From NCBI GenBank assembly GCA_951406725.2, contig OX597817.1:7378001-7442000 (forward strand): 64,000 nucleotides of DNA, read 5' to 3'. This DNA comes from Octopus vulgaris. Taxonomy: Eukaryota. Every line of letters begins with the position of its first letter. The stretch's first letter is position 1. Position numbers and translations under genes: made by a program. The notes under the pieces were generated by a model. It ran no database searches and was not told where the DNA came from. It was given only the letters and a program-made list of their open reading frames with translations. Below are positions 39,246-55,146 of this stretch, in pieces.

Positions 39246-41607
39246 TAGGTGAGGTAGATAGATAGACTAACAAACATACAGACATACAGATAGAGAGATA
39301 GATAGATAGAGAGATAGCTAGATAATATTGGCCTGGTTTTACCTCATATATTGATTTATTGATCTTATACGTCCAGGTTTTATTTATCCATTTCTATCAT
39401 AGATCCTACTTTCAATTTGTATAGCCGTGTAGTTAATTATAAGTGGCAAATTACAACGCTTAATGTAATTGAAAAATAAAGAAGTGTTATCTTGTGTCTC
39501 GTTAGTCTACAGCGAGCCGTTGATAATGACATTGAGAGGCTCATTGTTGCGTGTGGTTAACACGTTAGACCTTGGACTAAAAGTTACGCTACAATTTGCG
39601 AAAACTTCAATGAGAAACCTTATCGCCATCTTATATTTAACGCTACTTGTCATTCCCTCGAAAATAAATATTGCAGTTGCCGGCCATCGAGAGCCATTAC
39701 TACACGTATTCTCTGGTTTGCTTTATACCCATATTTCTTTTATTGATATTTACATTAATTTGTTTGGTCGATATATGCACGCTATGGCCTGTAAATATCG
39801 TTGAGTTCTAGATATTGCGTATATACTTATCCTAAATATATTGACTGATTGATTATTTCTCTCCACATATACAATTAATCTATTGTCACGTGATATACAC
39901 AGATTCCTTCTATATATAGTGGTTGTATGCATGGCATATGTCAGATATATATTGTTAAAAACACATTCATTGGCTATTGTCTAGCTAGTCTATCATTTTC
40001 AAGGTAATTTGTACTTAATCAACATGCAGCGTCATTTTAAGGAATAATAAAGGAAATTTCCGCGAGAGTATGAATCATAAGCGAACGATTAGGTTTGATC
40101 AAATCAGTTTCCTATTAAAAGATATATGATTACATATGCAACTGAGTGCCGCTTCTAAGCAAAATAATTGACGAGGTTTTTAACTGATAATGGATATAAA
40201 TGTAAATCTTACCGAGATATACTTATGGTAAATTGCTAACGTCTGATCATGAGCACAACTCATAAATAAGAGTAGAATTTGTAGTTTACTGATGAATTAT
40301 ATTGTCAACAACTGGATTGGGGATACAGCCTGAATAGATGCACTTTGATGTGCTGTGAAATGAATTAGAGACTAATGCTTCACACAGAGGCAAATGACCA
40401 AAACCAAAATATTCTCCTGTATATAAACTCAAGGTAAACCAACATCTAGCTTGAGTCACAAGAGAACCGCTACATCACCATCCAACAGGCTAGAAATAGC
40501 AAGTGTATCTTCCTCAACTAAGACACCACCATTTTAAATAGGAAAAGGGTGCATTCAATGATATGGTCTTACATACATCTCAAAAATAGGGTTGTTTTGA
40601 TCAAATGTCTGCTCGATGAAAACTATACAAAAACAATAAGATTATTTGACCCTATCAGTTTTTAGTACCATTAAACGATGTGACTATTACAGTTAACATG
40701 TGATTAATGTATATCTATCCGCTACGAGTAACATCTACAGGCCGGCGATCCGTTGAAGCAGTAATGGCTGCAGCAACTCTTCAACAAAAGAGGCTACATT
40801 ATCTTGGAAATATTTGGTTGGTCACTATTAAAGAATAAGAATGAAATCTACTGCGTGTGAAGCTAGGGTTGAACTACCTCCTGTTTTGAGTGAATAACCA
40901 AGGGATACTAGGACAGGTCATATTCATATATAACCGATATCAGAATTTTAATACACATGCTTAGCATGTAGTGTTCTTCTAAACTGTTGAAGAATTTTTG
41001 GGCAATGCAAACCTAAATAAGTGGAAGTTGGGGTATGCAAGAAAAACTATGGGCAGAAACAAAACTTGAGACTTGGATAAAAGCAATGCAACACTGTGAA
41101 ATTTTCTAATGATACCTAAAGAGCTTGTGACAAACATAAATTTGAAATGAATTATCTTATTTCAGTTGATCAGAAAAGTAACAAGATTCACCAAGGATAT
41201 ATGTCTCTATTTTAAATCTATATTGTGTTATATTACGATATTAAACATTTCACCACGTAGATATTTGATGTTTCTGTAAATGAATTTTTTCTGTTTGTTT
41301 CTTGAGCAATATACCACTGGAGCTTTCTTCATTTCTATCACACTTTACATTCATCAGTTGTTGTGTAGTTGTTGTTTGGAGCTAGGCTCAGCATGAAAAA
41401 CCTGTCATTTCGAATTTGACGGTGTTTGAGGAGTATCTAGGTCTATTATGATCTTTGTACGCCCTAGATCTAAATAGTCTTTCTTTGAGCTTCGGTTGTG
41501 TTACTACAGATATGATTCTTCAGATATGATTCTTTGAACTTCAGGTGTGACTTTAGAGTGATATAGGTGCCACTATTATTAAACAGAATATACTGGCGTA
41601 CTGGCGA

Positions 41608-41696
41608 TATGATGAGTATGATGGTGATGATGATGGTGATGATGATGACGACGACGGTGACGACAACGATGACGAGGATGATGATGATAATGATGA

Positions 41697-41741
<45 letters not shown>

Positions 41742-41837
41742 GTGCAGCAGGAGCAGCAGGAGCAGTGGCGGCGGCAGCAGCTGTAACAGCAATAGTAGTA
41801 GTAGTAGTAGTAGTAGTAGGAGTAGTAGTAGTAGTAA

Positions 41838-41876
<39 letters not shown>

Positions 41877-42018
41877 GAGGAGGAGGAGGAGTAGCAGCAG
41901 CGATGGCGGCACTGGTGGCAGGAGCAGCAGCAACAGGGACAGCAACAGGGGCAGCAGCAGCAGTAGTAGTAGCAGTAGTAGCAATAGTAGCAGCAGCAGT
42001 AGTAGTAGTAGTAGTAGT
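41608..42018. repeat. (GAT)n/(AGT)n/(AGC)n compound trinucleotide tract
   Basis: Directly visible. Confidence 0.9.
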
Positions 42019-42754
42019 TACTATAGTGACGATGAACTTCTTTGTTGGTTCGATGACCCGTTAGTTATACACTTCTTGTATTGATTAGTTAAGTTTTTCT
42101 AATTCGCAGCTAAGAGTTCTGAGACATTCAACTACACATATGTTGGTCAAGTACCAGCGATGCCAGGATACGAAGTACTGACACTTCGGTCAGCAATGCG
42201 ACACATTACAATTCAATTATTGGTTGCGATTTTGCTTATCTAGTCTACTTATCAACATTTATGTTATATACATATTTCACCTCGTTATAATATCGATTAC
42301 AAGTTTAATCTAGATATTTTGTGATACTCATCTAAGTTTCTAAGTTTTTCCTTATAAAATTTTCCATTTTATTTAGGTATTCCTTATCGTTATTTTTTAT
42401 ATCAGAGAATAGATATATAAACAAAGGAATAAGAAATAAAAAAAAAATCTTGCATTTCTTCAGAAGCGGTAGGTTCTAACTATATCTGCTTATAAGAATA
42501 ACCATAAAAGTTGCAAGCAGATTCCCACTACCTAAGAGCAAACATACAAAAACAAAGGATGCAAAAGATATAACTGAAGATATCGGCTGTTGGATAGCTT
42601 GAGTATACTACATATCTTGAGTATCATGCGCTCATAAATCTTATATTGGGAAATACAGCTACAAGATTCTGATAGGCTGCTGTCGGTGAGAAAGTACACA
42701 CAGCTTGTACAAGAAACCTACTTATATAGAAGCATAAGGATGTGTGAGTTTGTG

Positions 42755-42818
<64 letters not shown>

Positions 42819-45800
42819 AATGTGTAAGTAGATGTGTATGTGCCGGGTGTGCAGAAATAGATACATGGAAATATATATTGTTTTTACAGGGGAAAAAAGT
42901 TAAAATTTACTTCGAAGTTTCAGTTCTGTTGCTTTCATCATTTAATGTTTGACTGTCCCTTCTACAAATGCATCATACACATTCATATATACGTGTGTGT
43001 GTGTGTGTGTGTATGTGTTTGCGTTTGTGTATGTGTATAAAAACATACACACACGCATATATAAGCAGAGGGAGAGTGAGAAAGAGAGACAGCCGTCAAC
43101 TCATATCTGGGTACATTGAATATTTGTTATCTTTTTTTTTCTGCTTCTAATTGTTTGAAAGACGAAAAGAGCACATTTTATCATTCTAGTGTGAAGTTAC
43201 TATTTTAGGCGGATTATCCTTGAACGATAAGCACAAGTCGTTACTGTTAGCTGGAGCACATAATGAAACCACGATGAAAGGCAGCTCTGCACAAAAGATA
43301 GAAGTAATCTCCATCGCTTTGGTTCGAAATGACAGTGAAATAGAAGTATCTTGTGAAAAATTTCGGTAAAATGTTTGGAAAAATATGAACAAAAAATAGC
43401 TTAAAGGTTAGCCAAGAGAGAACTGACAAGGGATACGGAATATTGTTGCACTAAGTGCAGTCTCATAAAGAAAAGCGACAGTTGTAAGCTCAGATGATTA
43501 AGAAAGTTACTTTGTTGATGCTGTGTGTGTGCGTGCGTGCGTGCGTGCGTGCGTGTGTGTGTGTGTGTTTGTATAAGTGTAAGAATATATATGTAATGCA
43601 TTTTAATGTGTAGTACTATGGTGTGTTAATTTGTTGACCGAGTGTGTCAATCAAAATATAGAGATATCCCGTGTCACTCTGCTTTCTGCTAATCGGAATA
43701 TTATGGGCTTAATGTATAGCGTGAATAATATACCTTCAATGTAAATCTCATGTAGACAAATATGAATGCTAATCACCAATAACAGAACTCATTTTTAAAC
43801 ATATTAATAACTAATGCCAAAAGATATTTGACAGTTGAAACAATGCTCTTTTAAAAATGTCATTACTTGAACACTCAAAACGATCGGAGGTTCTGTAATA
43901 TAATTTGCTGCACTACCAATATTTATAAACTGTATATAAAACTACAAACATGTGTGATAAGAACATGTGAATCAGAAATAATACGGAAAATAAGATTTTG
44001 TAAACGCCATATTTTCCAACATACGCTAAATTCTAATCTGGAAAACTAAGAAATTTAAGAAACCTTCTGCGTTTTGTAATAAACTAAAACTGTTTAATTA
44101 GATATTGATATGTGTATCAAACTGCAACAGTACAATATCGCTGTAAACTATTGAAATTTCAATTCACACACGTACAACGATATCAGTATCGTAGCCAAAG
44201 ATATTTTAACTCAATTAAAACTAGAACAACTTATAGAATGCTTAGTCAAGCGTGAAGTACACATCACATTAAAAGCTAACAAAGAGAGCTTCAATTACAA
44301 ATGTAGATTAATCAACTCAACTGAAAGCCGAATCGAATTAATTAACAGACACATTTTAAGTAATGTAAATGTTGCAGTCAGGAAAGGCAACATCCGACAG
44401 TAGTGTAATAGCAATTCAGAAGTCAGTTGGTTCGAGAGTGTCAGTTATAAATTAATTGTAACTTTACACAATTTAATTTATTTGTCAATTTTTATGCATT
44501 GGTTCTAACCATTCCTCTTCAATCCCTTATTCACCAGTGTCTAAACATTTGTCAAAATATGTTACGCTGTAAATGATATTGGTGTGAAAATAATCTTGCA
44601 TGCCAAATCATAAAAAAGAAAAACGTCACTTTCTTGATAAAACTTCTCTTTCAGTGTTGGGAGTTAATTGTGGTGAATTAGTATGTATGGACACGTTTCA
44701 TGGTGATGAAATATGGGAAATGATCGAGTTACACATTTTAAACACCCTAAATGATAAATTCAAATCGTTAGATTTAGGCTTATGTAAAGACAATAAATGT
44801 CTTATCACGCACCAAATCTAACGGCCAAAATTTGGGTGAATTCACAAAAGATTTAATCAGTACCTTTAATAGCTCTGTTTTTAAAATAGCATTATCAATT
44901 AATGTAAGCATAGCTATTTTTTATTTGTTTTATATCTAATATTAAATTTAGATTCAAACTGATATCAACCACACAAGAAAATTAAATCTTAAATCTGTGT
45001 GCGTAAATATAAGAAACCTGATCACCATAAAATCACATCGCTCTCAAATATGCTATATGTATGCGAAAGAATTGTTGACCTTTTGTTACAAAAATATCTT
45101 TATTCAATTTGTACTGGAATAATGCTCTAAAGAATAGCAGATTCAATGATATGATTTGCTTCACTTCTAAGGCCAAAAAATCGACAAAGCGAAACGAAGT
45201 TATAGCATTATATCTTTTAACTCACCCTCGATTTTCAAACACTATAACCAAAATAAAAATACATGTCTGTACTTCAATGATAAACACATCTCATTAAACA
45301 TTTTTATGGAAAATTGTTTCGTCGAAACACTACCAAAGGTAGTACAATGAATATTGAAAAATCTTTTTTTAAAGAAATTATTTTTGCATGCATGTAAGCA
45401 AAGAAATGTTAAGTTCAGTCAGTTTACACAATATGGAGAACACTTGGAGTTTAAATTCCGTTGCACGAAAGAATGACATTTTCATCTTTAGTGTATCAAA
45501 CATAACTGGGAAGAATTCAACTGCGAAAATCTTGAGTATTTTAAATTGCACATAGATAAAGACGATTGCATCGATCGTTGTATGCACTGGCAACAATAAT
45601 CCATTTTCGATTATGTTTAGTTTGTCGCCCGTCTCTCAAAAACCAAATATATTCCACTAGAGATGTTACATAGCACATATTTCGGGTGTAAAGTAACGGG
45701 ATTTTAGCCTTAAATATGTTACCTCTAAAGCAGTTGATATTAACGATGCTAGAATTTCATTGTCTTCATTATCTTTTATGTCATATTCTGGAAATGTGAT

Positions 45801-46318
45801 TTTGCAACCTATCCAGACTTTGCCTTTTTTTTTTTTTTTTTTTTGATAAGAACACTATCATCTCTTTGAATTGGTCCATTCGTGTTCAGTAAAGGCCACT
45901 GAAACGTTCTATAAACTGCTCTATTTGAGTGGGTTATAAAATGATAGGTGATAAAAGTACATGTAGAATATTTTGAAACACGTTGGCATGATTAAAGCTT
46001 AATGAGCCTAATTACTTTAGCTAGAACTTTTCAGGATGTTGTTTCTGCCGTTGATTCCTCTTATAAAAGTGGGTTCATTTGTTTAGACTTAATAAATCCC
46101 ACGAACGACTAATATGATCGGTTTTATGTACACAATGATACGTTACGGAAAGAAGCAACACTACGTCACGCTGCCTTAAGAAAAAGCTTCTAAACACGTA
46201 ATTTAATTAACACCGTCCTGGTTATTAGACAACCCAATATACATAAAAAATCACTTTATCTGTTCAATACTATTTTCGCTTGTTCGTTATGAGAGAGACA
46301 GACAGACAGGCAGAGAAA

Positions 46319-46350
<32 letters not shown>

Positions 46351-46478
46351 CACAGGTATATACAGGTATACTTATATATGTATGTATATATATATATGTA
46401 TGTCTGTATATCTGTATGTATGTATGTATGTATGTATATATATATATATATATCCGTATATATATATGTCCGTATACA

Positions 46479-46573
<95 letters not shown>

Positions 46574-46614
46574 ATGTATGCATGAATGTCTGTATACATA
46601 AATATATATTTATG

Positions 46615-46806
46615 TGTCGTTAGCCACTACACACATTTTTTCTCTCCTTGTTTCTCTCCTTGTTTCTTTCTGTGTCCCTTTCTGTAGAAGAGCGTAGGCT
46701 CGAAACATAAAAGACGTTTTCTATTCCTGAGCGTTATACTAATACATCTGTTTGTTTTGTACACCACCTGTCTTCGTCTTTTGTTTTTTTCATAAAACTC
46801 TTCCTA
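46615..46806 (+). mobile_element. Hammerhead-bearing element, family H1
   Basis: Paralog of 3570-3783 and 50251-50459; ends at (TA)n. Confidence 0.8.
46678..46713 (+). ncRNA. Minimal hammerhead motif, A6U variant, stem III mutated
   Basis: CUUU-CUGUAGA-A-GAGC guag GCUC-GAAA-CA-UA-AAAG. Confidence 0.65.
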
Positions 46807-46819
46807 TATACATATATAT

Positions 46820-46899
<80 letters not shown>

Positions 46900-47491
46900 G
46901 TAAGATCCAAGGATTGGGGTGTAGAAAGAAAGTTAGCTTCGAGCAATCCGTAGTAAATATAAAAAACAACTTTGAGGAACAACAGCTGCTTTTTCAGACG
47001 GAAAGTTGCAGATTAAGTTTCTTTATCAGTAAACAATTAGCAGAAAACTGGTTCTTTTTATAATCCACGGTAGGCAACCAAGGGCTACAGAGAGAGGAAA
47101 AAAGATTACAAGAACAACAGAATGGAGTAGGAAAAATTCAGTCTACATATGTTTCATATCCTTGGCCTAAGGATATACACATCGTTTGGATTTTACCACT
47201 TCTGAGGTTCCACTTGCTGTGGAATATACGCATCCAGGATCTTTCCACCTCCATTCCGCAACTCTTGTATATATATATATATACATATGTAAATATATAT
47301 ACATATGTATATATATATACATATGTATTATGCATTACGTATACACATGGATATAGATACATAGACAGATACTTAGATATTATATATGCACTTATAAATA
47401 TGGATTCCTGCGCTGTAACATCCGTTTGGGTATGATTGTGTGCGTGTATGTATATATGATATTTATGTGTGTATACATATGTATATGTGTA

Positions 47492-47532
<41 letters not shown>

Positions 47533-47817
47533 ATATTTGCATGTGTGTGCACTTAAAATATGGATTCTTCTTGCGAGAGATTTGTTTGATGAAGATATTT
47601 TCAACTGATTTCTCTAAAATTGGAGCGGCAATAGTATCATATTTTATTTCTTTATTGGAAATTTTACAAAAGGAGGGATTGGTGGAATATGAATGACATG
47701 TAAGGAGGTATGTTATTGAGTACTCAAAATATATCATATTTATTGTATTGTTATATAAGACAACGTGAAAGAAAGATTTTCGAATAGCAGTAACACTGAG
47801 ATATAGCTTTAGGGAAC

Positions 47818-47864
<47 letters not shown>

Positions 47865-47966
47865 TTCTCCCCCTCCCTCTTTCTGGCTATCTATATAGAA
47901 TGTATATATATATATATATGTGTGCGTGTGTCTGTGTGTGTATTTTTATATATATGTATATGAATA

Positions 47967-48001
<35 letters not shown>

Positions 48002-48065
48002 AGATTTATATATATATATCGATAGATAAATACATAAATGTATACACACACACATACATATATAT

Positions 48066-48142
<77 letters not shown>

Positions 48143-48347
48143 AACATATATATTTCAAGATTTTCTAATCTGTGTAGAGAATGGTGAAAAATCTTTCTTT
48201 AAGGATATTTATGTAATTACTATATTTAAGTGTTTGTTTTACTTATTTGTATTTTATTTAATGTTTAATTTTTAATATCGTGCGTGTTTTTTGTTTCCTG
48301 TTGTTGTTTTGGTTCACATTTTTACTTTCTCTACCTTGGTTAATATT

Positions 48348-48414
48348 ACTATTATTATTGTTGTTGTTGTTGTTGTTGTTGCTGTTGTTATCATTATTAT
48401 TATCATTGTTATAA

Positions 48415-48484
<70 letters not shown>

Positions 48485-48530
48485 CATCATCATCATCATT
48501 ATTATTATTATTGTTATCATCACCATCATC

Positions 48531-48562
<32 letters not shown>

Positions 48563-48565
48563 TAT

Positions 48566-48636
<71 letters not shown>
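48348..48636. repeat. (ATT)n/(GTT)n/(ATC)n/(AGT)n compound microsatellite
   Basis: Directly visible. Confidence 0.95.
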
Positions 48637-49371
48637 CAGTCATCATTATTATCATGTGTCTGCTATTGTTGTTGCTGTTGTTGTTTATTTTTTTCAAAGC
48701 CAAATTAATTTCTTTCAGTTATTAAATAAAGAACTTGATGTTATTAAAATAACCTCAAAAGGTTATAAATTCTTCGATTTCACGAGAAATAAAAATAAAT
48801 GCAATTAGATATTCACAGAAACATACATATTCACATGCATGAACGTATACATATATACACTTACACGTAGAGATTACGTATAAATGCATTTGCTTTCTCT
48901 TTATATATGCATGTGTAGATTTGTGATAATAAGTGCATACAGTTTAGTGTGTCTCTATGTATACACGTATATGTCTGAAATTATTTCAAAAGGTGTAGAT
49001 TTTGAAGCAGTTCTCTATATGTAGGCGTGTATGTCTATGTATGAGGTGTATGTGTTTTTATGTTCATCCCCTATTGTGGTAATCCATTATGTCTGAATAT
49101 ACACCTGAGTTTTGTACCTACTCGTAAACAGACATACATGTGTGTGCGTAGAGATAGAAAATTGACAAACACATCACAAAGTTGCACAAACAAACACACA
49201 CATACATACACGCGTATACGCACATACACAAGCGCACATACATGCACATGTGCATACGTACATGCATATACAGACACGAATATGCATCGGTAGAAATGTA
49301 TGTGCATTTGTAGATAGATAGGCCGATAGATAGAGAGAGACAGAGACAGACAGACAGACAGACAGACAGTC

Positions 49372-49570
49372 ATAGGTACAAGTCTATCAATCTCGAAGAT
49401 GTTGGATCAGTCGATTATATCTAATCAAATATTTGATTAGTGCTCTGTTTTATCGACCCACAGAGAAGGAAGGCAAATACAACCTCGGCAGGTTTCGAAC
49501 TCAGGCGTAACACGCCAAAACAAATGCCGCAATGTATTATGTTAACCCGATACTGTAACAATTCTGCCAT
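49372..49570 (-). mobile_element. Degenerate SINE family B
   Basis: ttttatcgacccacagagaaggaaggcaaatacaacctcggcagg…gaactcag…aattctgcca. Confidence 0.65.
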
Positions 49571-50140
49571 CACTACCACCACCCATACACACACACGGCG
49601 TCAGATATCAAATAACATCACCTAACATCACCATTCCGTCAGCTCGATTATCGATGACAAAGACTCAAAGACTTAACAACAACCAAACAAACATATTACA
49701 TCGACAAGAAGTGTGCCAACAGGGAATTCTATGCGATCACTTGGCCTGCTAGACATAGCAGTTAAATTATTTTCCAGTCTTCTTACACCAGTGAAGAATT
49801 CAAATATACATTGAATAATATACACCTAGAGTAAATCTCAATGGTAAAAAGAAAGAGCGACGAGATATATTTGCTTTTCATTATAGATACACAACTTTAT
49901 ATTAGCATCAGCTTCATGAACAGATGACCAAAGTCCTGAGTTAGTGTATTCTGTTGCTGGGGCAAGTTGAATTTCGGTGTTTTAAAAAAGAGACATATAT
50001 GTATCACCCAATGCATCACATGATGTATACATACATTCATAAATATATACATACATTCATACATACATAGATACATACATACACGTACGTGTATTTATGT
50101 ATTTACGTATATATGTATCTATGTATACATGTAGGTATAC

Positions 50141-50173
<33 letters not shown>

Positions 50174-50216
50174 CATGTGTGAGTGTACACATATATATAA
50201 ATGATATACATATGCA

Positions 50217-50249
<33 letters not shown>

Positions 50250-50250
50250 T

Positions 50251-50459
50251 ATAGGGAGAATTCACGAAAAAAAACAAAAGACGAAGACAGGTGATGTAGA
50301 AAACAAACAGATGTATTAGTATAACGCTCGGGAATTGAAAAAGTCTTTTACGTTTCGAGCCTACGCTCTTCCACAGAAAGGAACACAGAAAAAAACAAGG
50401 AGAGAAACAAGGAGAGAAAAAAAATGTGTGTAGTGGCTACCGATCCATCATGGCGACGT
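50251..50459 (-). mobile_element. Hammerhead-bearing element, family H1
   Basis: Paralog of 3570-3783 and 46615-46806. Confidence 0.8.
50345..50380 (-). ncRNA. Minimal hammerhead motif, A6U variant
   Basis: CUUU-CUGUGGA-A-GAGC guag GCUC-GAAA-CG-UA-AAAG. Confidence 0.7.
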
Positions 50460-50477
50460 ACTATACATATATACAAT

Positions 50478-50788
50478 GGACTCTCACGTCGAAGATGACG
50501 TATGAGCGCTCTGCTTTTGCCGAACGACCTGTACAAATGTTTTTTTTTTTATATTGATCAAATGTCCGTGCTGCACACTACACATTAGGTCACTCCCCCC
50601 CCCCCCATCGAATCGACGTTGTCTGAAAAGGTGCACTGTGTAACACGCGCCAGGTGTCGAAGGGATCGCGGAGCAACGCAAAATGTAGAGTTTTGCTCAA
50701 GAACACAACGCACGACCTGGTCTAGGAATTGAAACAACGATTCCGCGATCGTGGGCTCAACACTCTAACCACAAGGCCATGCACCTTC
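50478..50788 (-). mobile_element. tRNA-derived SINE family D
   Basis: Head gaaggtgcatggccttgtggttagagtg…gtttcaattcc then ttgtgttcttgagcaaaac. Confidence 0.7.
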
Positions 50789-50823
50789 ATATATACATAC
50801 ACACACAAACTCACATATATACA

Positions 50824-50921
<98 letters not shown>

Positions 50922-51907
50922 ATATATATGTGTATATATATATGTATATATGTGTGTATATATATATATACATATGTATCAATACATGTAGATGCATATT
51001 GGACTAATGTCATTATTACAGTGAATTTTAAATATAGATTATCTATTTTATTATTTTCCTCCCCCTCCCCACTTTCTTTCGAAATTTTCAAACACGGAAT
51101 GTCGATGCTCAAGCATTTGACACCGCGGGATGAGGGTAACTTAAACGGGTCCTATAAAAGAGCGAAGCTTCCCGAGCTACAAATACTGGTTACATCTCCA
51201 TAAAGCTACTCCCAAGCGTTTAAAAGGTAAAAGTGAATACTGAAGAATGAAGACGATGTTATCCGAAACGAAATGTTGGCCTAAACAGGAACGCTGCTGC
51301 TGTCATTGTCTGCTAAACAATAATACAATCCGATTATTATCAACAACACTCAAGCATACACTATGTTTACTTTGGCAGCTTATAACGAACGGATGCGAAG
51401 AATGAAACGCGCCAAACAACAAAACAAGGAATTAATAGGTTTAAAATGCACTGACATTTCTCAAACTCTGAAGATGGTAAATAAATCTAGTGTGAATAAG
51501 AAACACTTCAATTGACAGAATTTTGATGAAATATGGAAATTAGAATTGTTGAATGATACTGCTGAAGACAACGGCAGCAATGTTTGAGGATGTTTGAGAA
51601 TAATGGTTAAACTGTCCCATATGTGTGGGTGTGTCTGTCTGTCTGTCTGTCTGTCTGTGTATGTGTGTGTGTGTGAAACTGTGTGTTAGTAATGCTTGTT
51701 GAGTTTCATACATACATCTATATTTATATATATGCACATACATACATATATGCGTGCATGTGTGAGTCTATGTGTTTGTTTTTGCCCCCTCCCCTCCAAT
51801 CTCTAGATGTTCGTTTGTTTATCTCACCATAACTTCTCTCTCTCTCTGTTTGTATATATATATATATTTGTGTGTGTGTGTTTTGGAAACAAACCATATA
51901 TGTGTGC

Positions 51908-51959
<52 letters not shown>

Positions 51960-52882
51960 ATATATATATAAATACATACATACATACATACATAGCATTG
52001 TCAATGCTTGCTAGTGAACACTCTTAATATACTCCTAAGATAACGGGATTGCGATATATAGAATCGAAAAAGGAGATATATACACTCGGCTGTGATATAT
52101 ACGTGTTTTCATGCAGAATGTTTTTCATAATGCTATATTTGCACACAGAACAAACACAACTGCTTAAGCATAGAAATATATACGAATATTCATATATTTC
52201 GTTTCGTCTAATATTGCATTCTACACTTGTTCAAATTTGCCTTCCGTACTCTCAAACATAGAAATATATACCCATACGAATAAAATAATTAATTAATAAC
52301 CGACCCTTCTATATTTTCTTTTACCAAAATCCAGGAACTTTTCAGCATGCTCTCGTAGTAAGGATTAAAATCGACAAAGACTGATGATTCAGAAAAGGGA
52401 AAGCCATTATTAACTCTCGACATGTGAAAACCACATATTTAATGACAAGCGAATACATACGGTCTTATGAAATACACATAAAATGTTTCCCATGAGTATC
52501 AGACACTCCAAGATAAAATGAAATATGGACTGGCTGAATCTTTTGGCACCAAACTGTATATAAAACATAAAAAATTTAAATATAATTAAGCAGAAGGAAG
52601 GAGTTAGTGAAAAACTATCATAACCCACCTTCGTTCTTTGTAATTAATTATATAAAAAATGCTTTGATGTCATAAACAGCGGTTTATCTCTCTATATTTT
52701 AATCTTTATTGTCATTAGTTCATCGGTGTGTTGCCTATGGCCAACTCTTGTCCAGCTGGATTATGTCTCCCATGGTTAGGACGACGGATCATAGTAATTT
52801 GTTCTGGTTTGAGCACTAATCCGGTCTGTATCTAATCTACGCTTGTTGACGTATTCTCTCCCACTGTGTATTTATATATGTG

Positions 52883-52946
<64 letters not shown>

Positions 52947-53934
52947 GTGTGTGTGTATTGGTGTATATGTGTGTGTGTGCGTGTGTATAAATGTATATTT
53001 GTATGTATGCATTCATGCAGTTATGTATACGTACATGTAAACATTCACACACACATTCATATTCATTTAATGCCTGTGCGCGTCTATACATTTGTACAGA
53101 AACCCAGATTTGTGCATATGTGTGAACACCTATCTAAAAGTACACTTAGGGGAGCGTGCACGCGGGTGCAAACACACACACAAACACACGCTCACACACA
53201 CAAACACACACACACATACACACACACACGTACACACACACACACTTATATACGCAGAACCTGCGTAAGAGCATATGGCATGATTTGGACGCTTGGAAAC
53301 CACGTTTCGCTACTCACTCAAATATGTTAACAGGTATCCATTTCTTAAGCAAAACACAAAATTTTAAATAAGTATATATATAAATACAATGATAAAAAAA
53401 ATAAAGTTTGGAATGGGTTTATGCAGTGGATAGAGGTGAGGAATTGAAAAAAAAATTATTTAAAAAACTCAAGTAAGCCTGGTAGGCTTGCAGAGACGAC
53501 AAAAATTATATAGTATAAGAGATAAGGTAGAAAGAAAAAAAGTGGAATTATGTGTAACTATTAGAGGCAGTAAGCATGACGTAGAATGTTGATAACATCC
53601 TCAGCTAATACGAAAAAAATAAGAACAATCGTGTCTTTTTCAGAAAAAGATTATCATAGTTGAAAATTCACGAGTTCCAAATATTGGATTCTCTATCTTG
53701 TTCCCTTCGTTAAGATTCATCTGTATTGAAAGACGTATCATAACTATTATATAGACTATGATCAAAGCCTGGTAGCATACATATGCGGTTACCATCTATT
53801 TTCTCATACACACAATTTCCTTTAAGAAAAATCAGAGAGGTAATGTTTTCACGTGATTTTTCATGGGAAGATGTTCCAAAATCGACGTCTTTAACATTAT
53901 CCTCTCTTTCTTTATCCATTTAGTTCATTATATA

Positions 53935-54105
53935 GGCGCAGGAGTGGCTGTGTGGTAAGTAGCTTGCTAACCAACCACATGGTTCCGGGTTCAGTCCCAC
54001 TGCGTGGCATCTTGGGAAAGTGTCTTCTGCTATAGCCCCGGGCCGACCGATGCCTTGTGAGTGGATTTGGTAGACGGAAACTGAAAGAAGCCTGTCGTAT
54101 ATATG

Positions 54106-54138
<33 letters not shown>

Positions 54139-54360
54139 ATGTTTGTGAGTCTGTGTTTGTCCCCCTAGCATTGCTTGACAACCAATGATGGTGTGTTTAT
54201 GTCCCCGTTTCTTAGCGGTTCGGCCAAAGTGACCGATAGAATAAGTACTGGGCTTACAAAAGAATAAGTCCCGGGGTTGATTTGATCGACTAAAGGCGGT
54301 GCTCCAGCATGGCCGCAGTCAAATGACTGAAACAAGTAAAAGAGCAAAGAGTAAAAGAGT
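53935..54360 (+). mobile_element. tRNA-derived SINE family A, full length
   Basis: ggcgcaggagtggctgtgtggtaag… through the (gtaaaaga)n tail, in a TA-rich site. Confidence 0.9.
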
Positions 54361-54749
54361 ATATATTTTATTTTCGTCAGTTGGTTTTATTATTGTTTTT
54401 TTTGTAATTAAACTGCTTTTATTCTTTTATCTTTTACTGGTCCTTGGGATGGACGCATAGAGTCGACAATACATGTGCTCCAGAACATGTTTCAGTTTGG
54501 TAGTTATTTTATCAATCGTTAATTATCTATCCGCTAGGTGATGTCATAAAAGCAACAAAGCCGATATTATTTTGACAGATGTAGGCATAAACAGTCGTAC
54601 AATCACACATCTACATAAACAGATACATATAAGTATGTGTGCGCGTGTATACACACACACATACACACACATACACGCACACATATGTGTATGTATATAT
54701 GTATGTGTGTGTCAATATATATGGGTATGTGTGTTGTTGTTGAGGTTTA

Positions 54750-55146
54750 GGTGGTGAGCTGGCAGAATCGTTCGCGCACTGGACGAAATTTTCAGCGGTA
54801 TTTCGTCTGCCGTTACATTCTTAGTTCAAAATCCGCCGAGGTCGACTTAGCCTTTCATCCTTTCGAGGTCAATTAAATAAGTACCAGTAACGCACTGGGG
54901 CCAATATAATCGACTTAATCTGTTTGTCCGTCCTTGTTCGTCCCCCCTGTGTTTAGCCCCTTGTGGGTAGTAAAGATATAGGTACTTCGTCCGTTGCTAC
55001 CGTCGGAGTTCAAATTCCGCCGAGGTTAACTTTGCCTTTCATCCTTTTGGGATCGATAAAATGAGTAGCAGTTGAACGCTACAATCAATGTAATCAACTC
55101 ATCCCCTTCACCCAAATTGCTGCCCTTGTGGCAAAATTTGAAACCA
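54750..55146 (+). mobile_element. SINE family B, dimeric copy with two different tails
   Basis: Head ggtggtgagctggcagaatcg; core gcctttcatccttt at ~54850 and ~55034. Confidence 0.85.

Noticed and set aside
39469-39804. 111-codon ORF with a TTG start
   Set aside because: No recognisable domain, non-ATG start, no clear splice signals
40715-40840. KRLHYLGNI, resembling the RTE/L2 C-terminal RLxWxGH motif
   Set aside because: Too short, with no supporting upstream motifs
53710-53919. 69-aa non-repetitive minus-strand ORF (MDKEREDNVK…)
   Set aside because: No recognisable motif or splice support; length is within chance expectation
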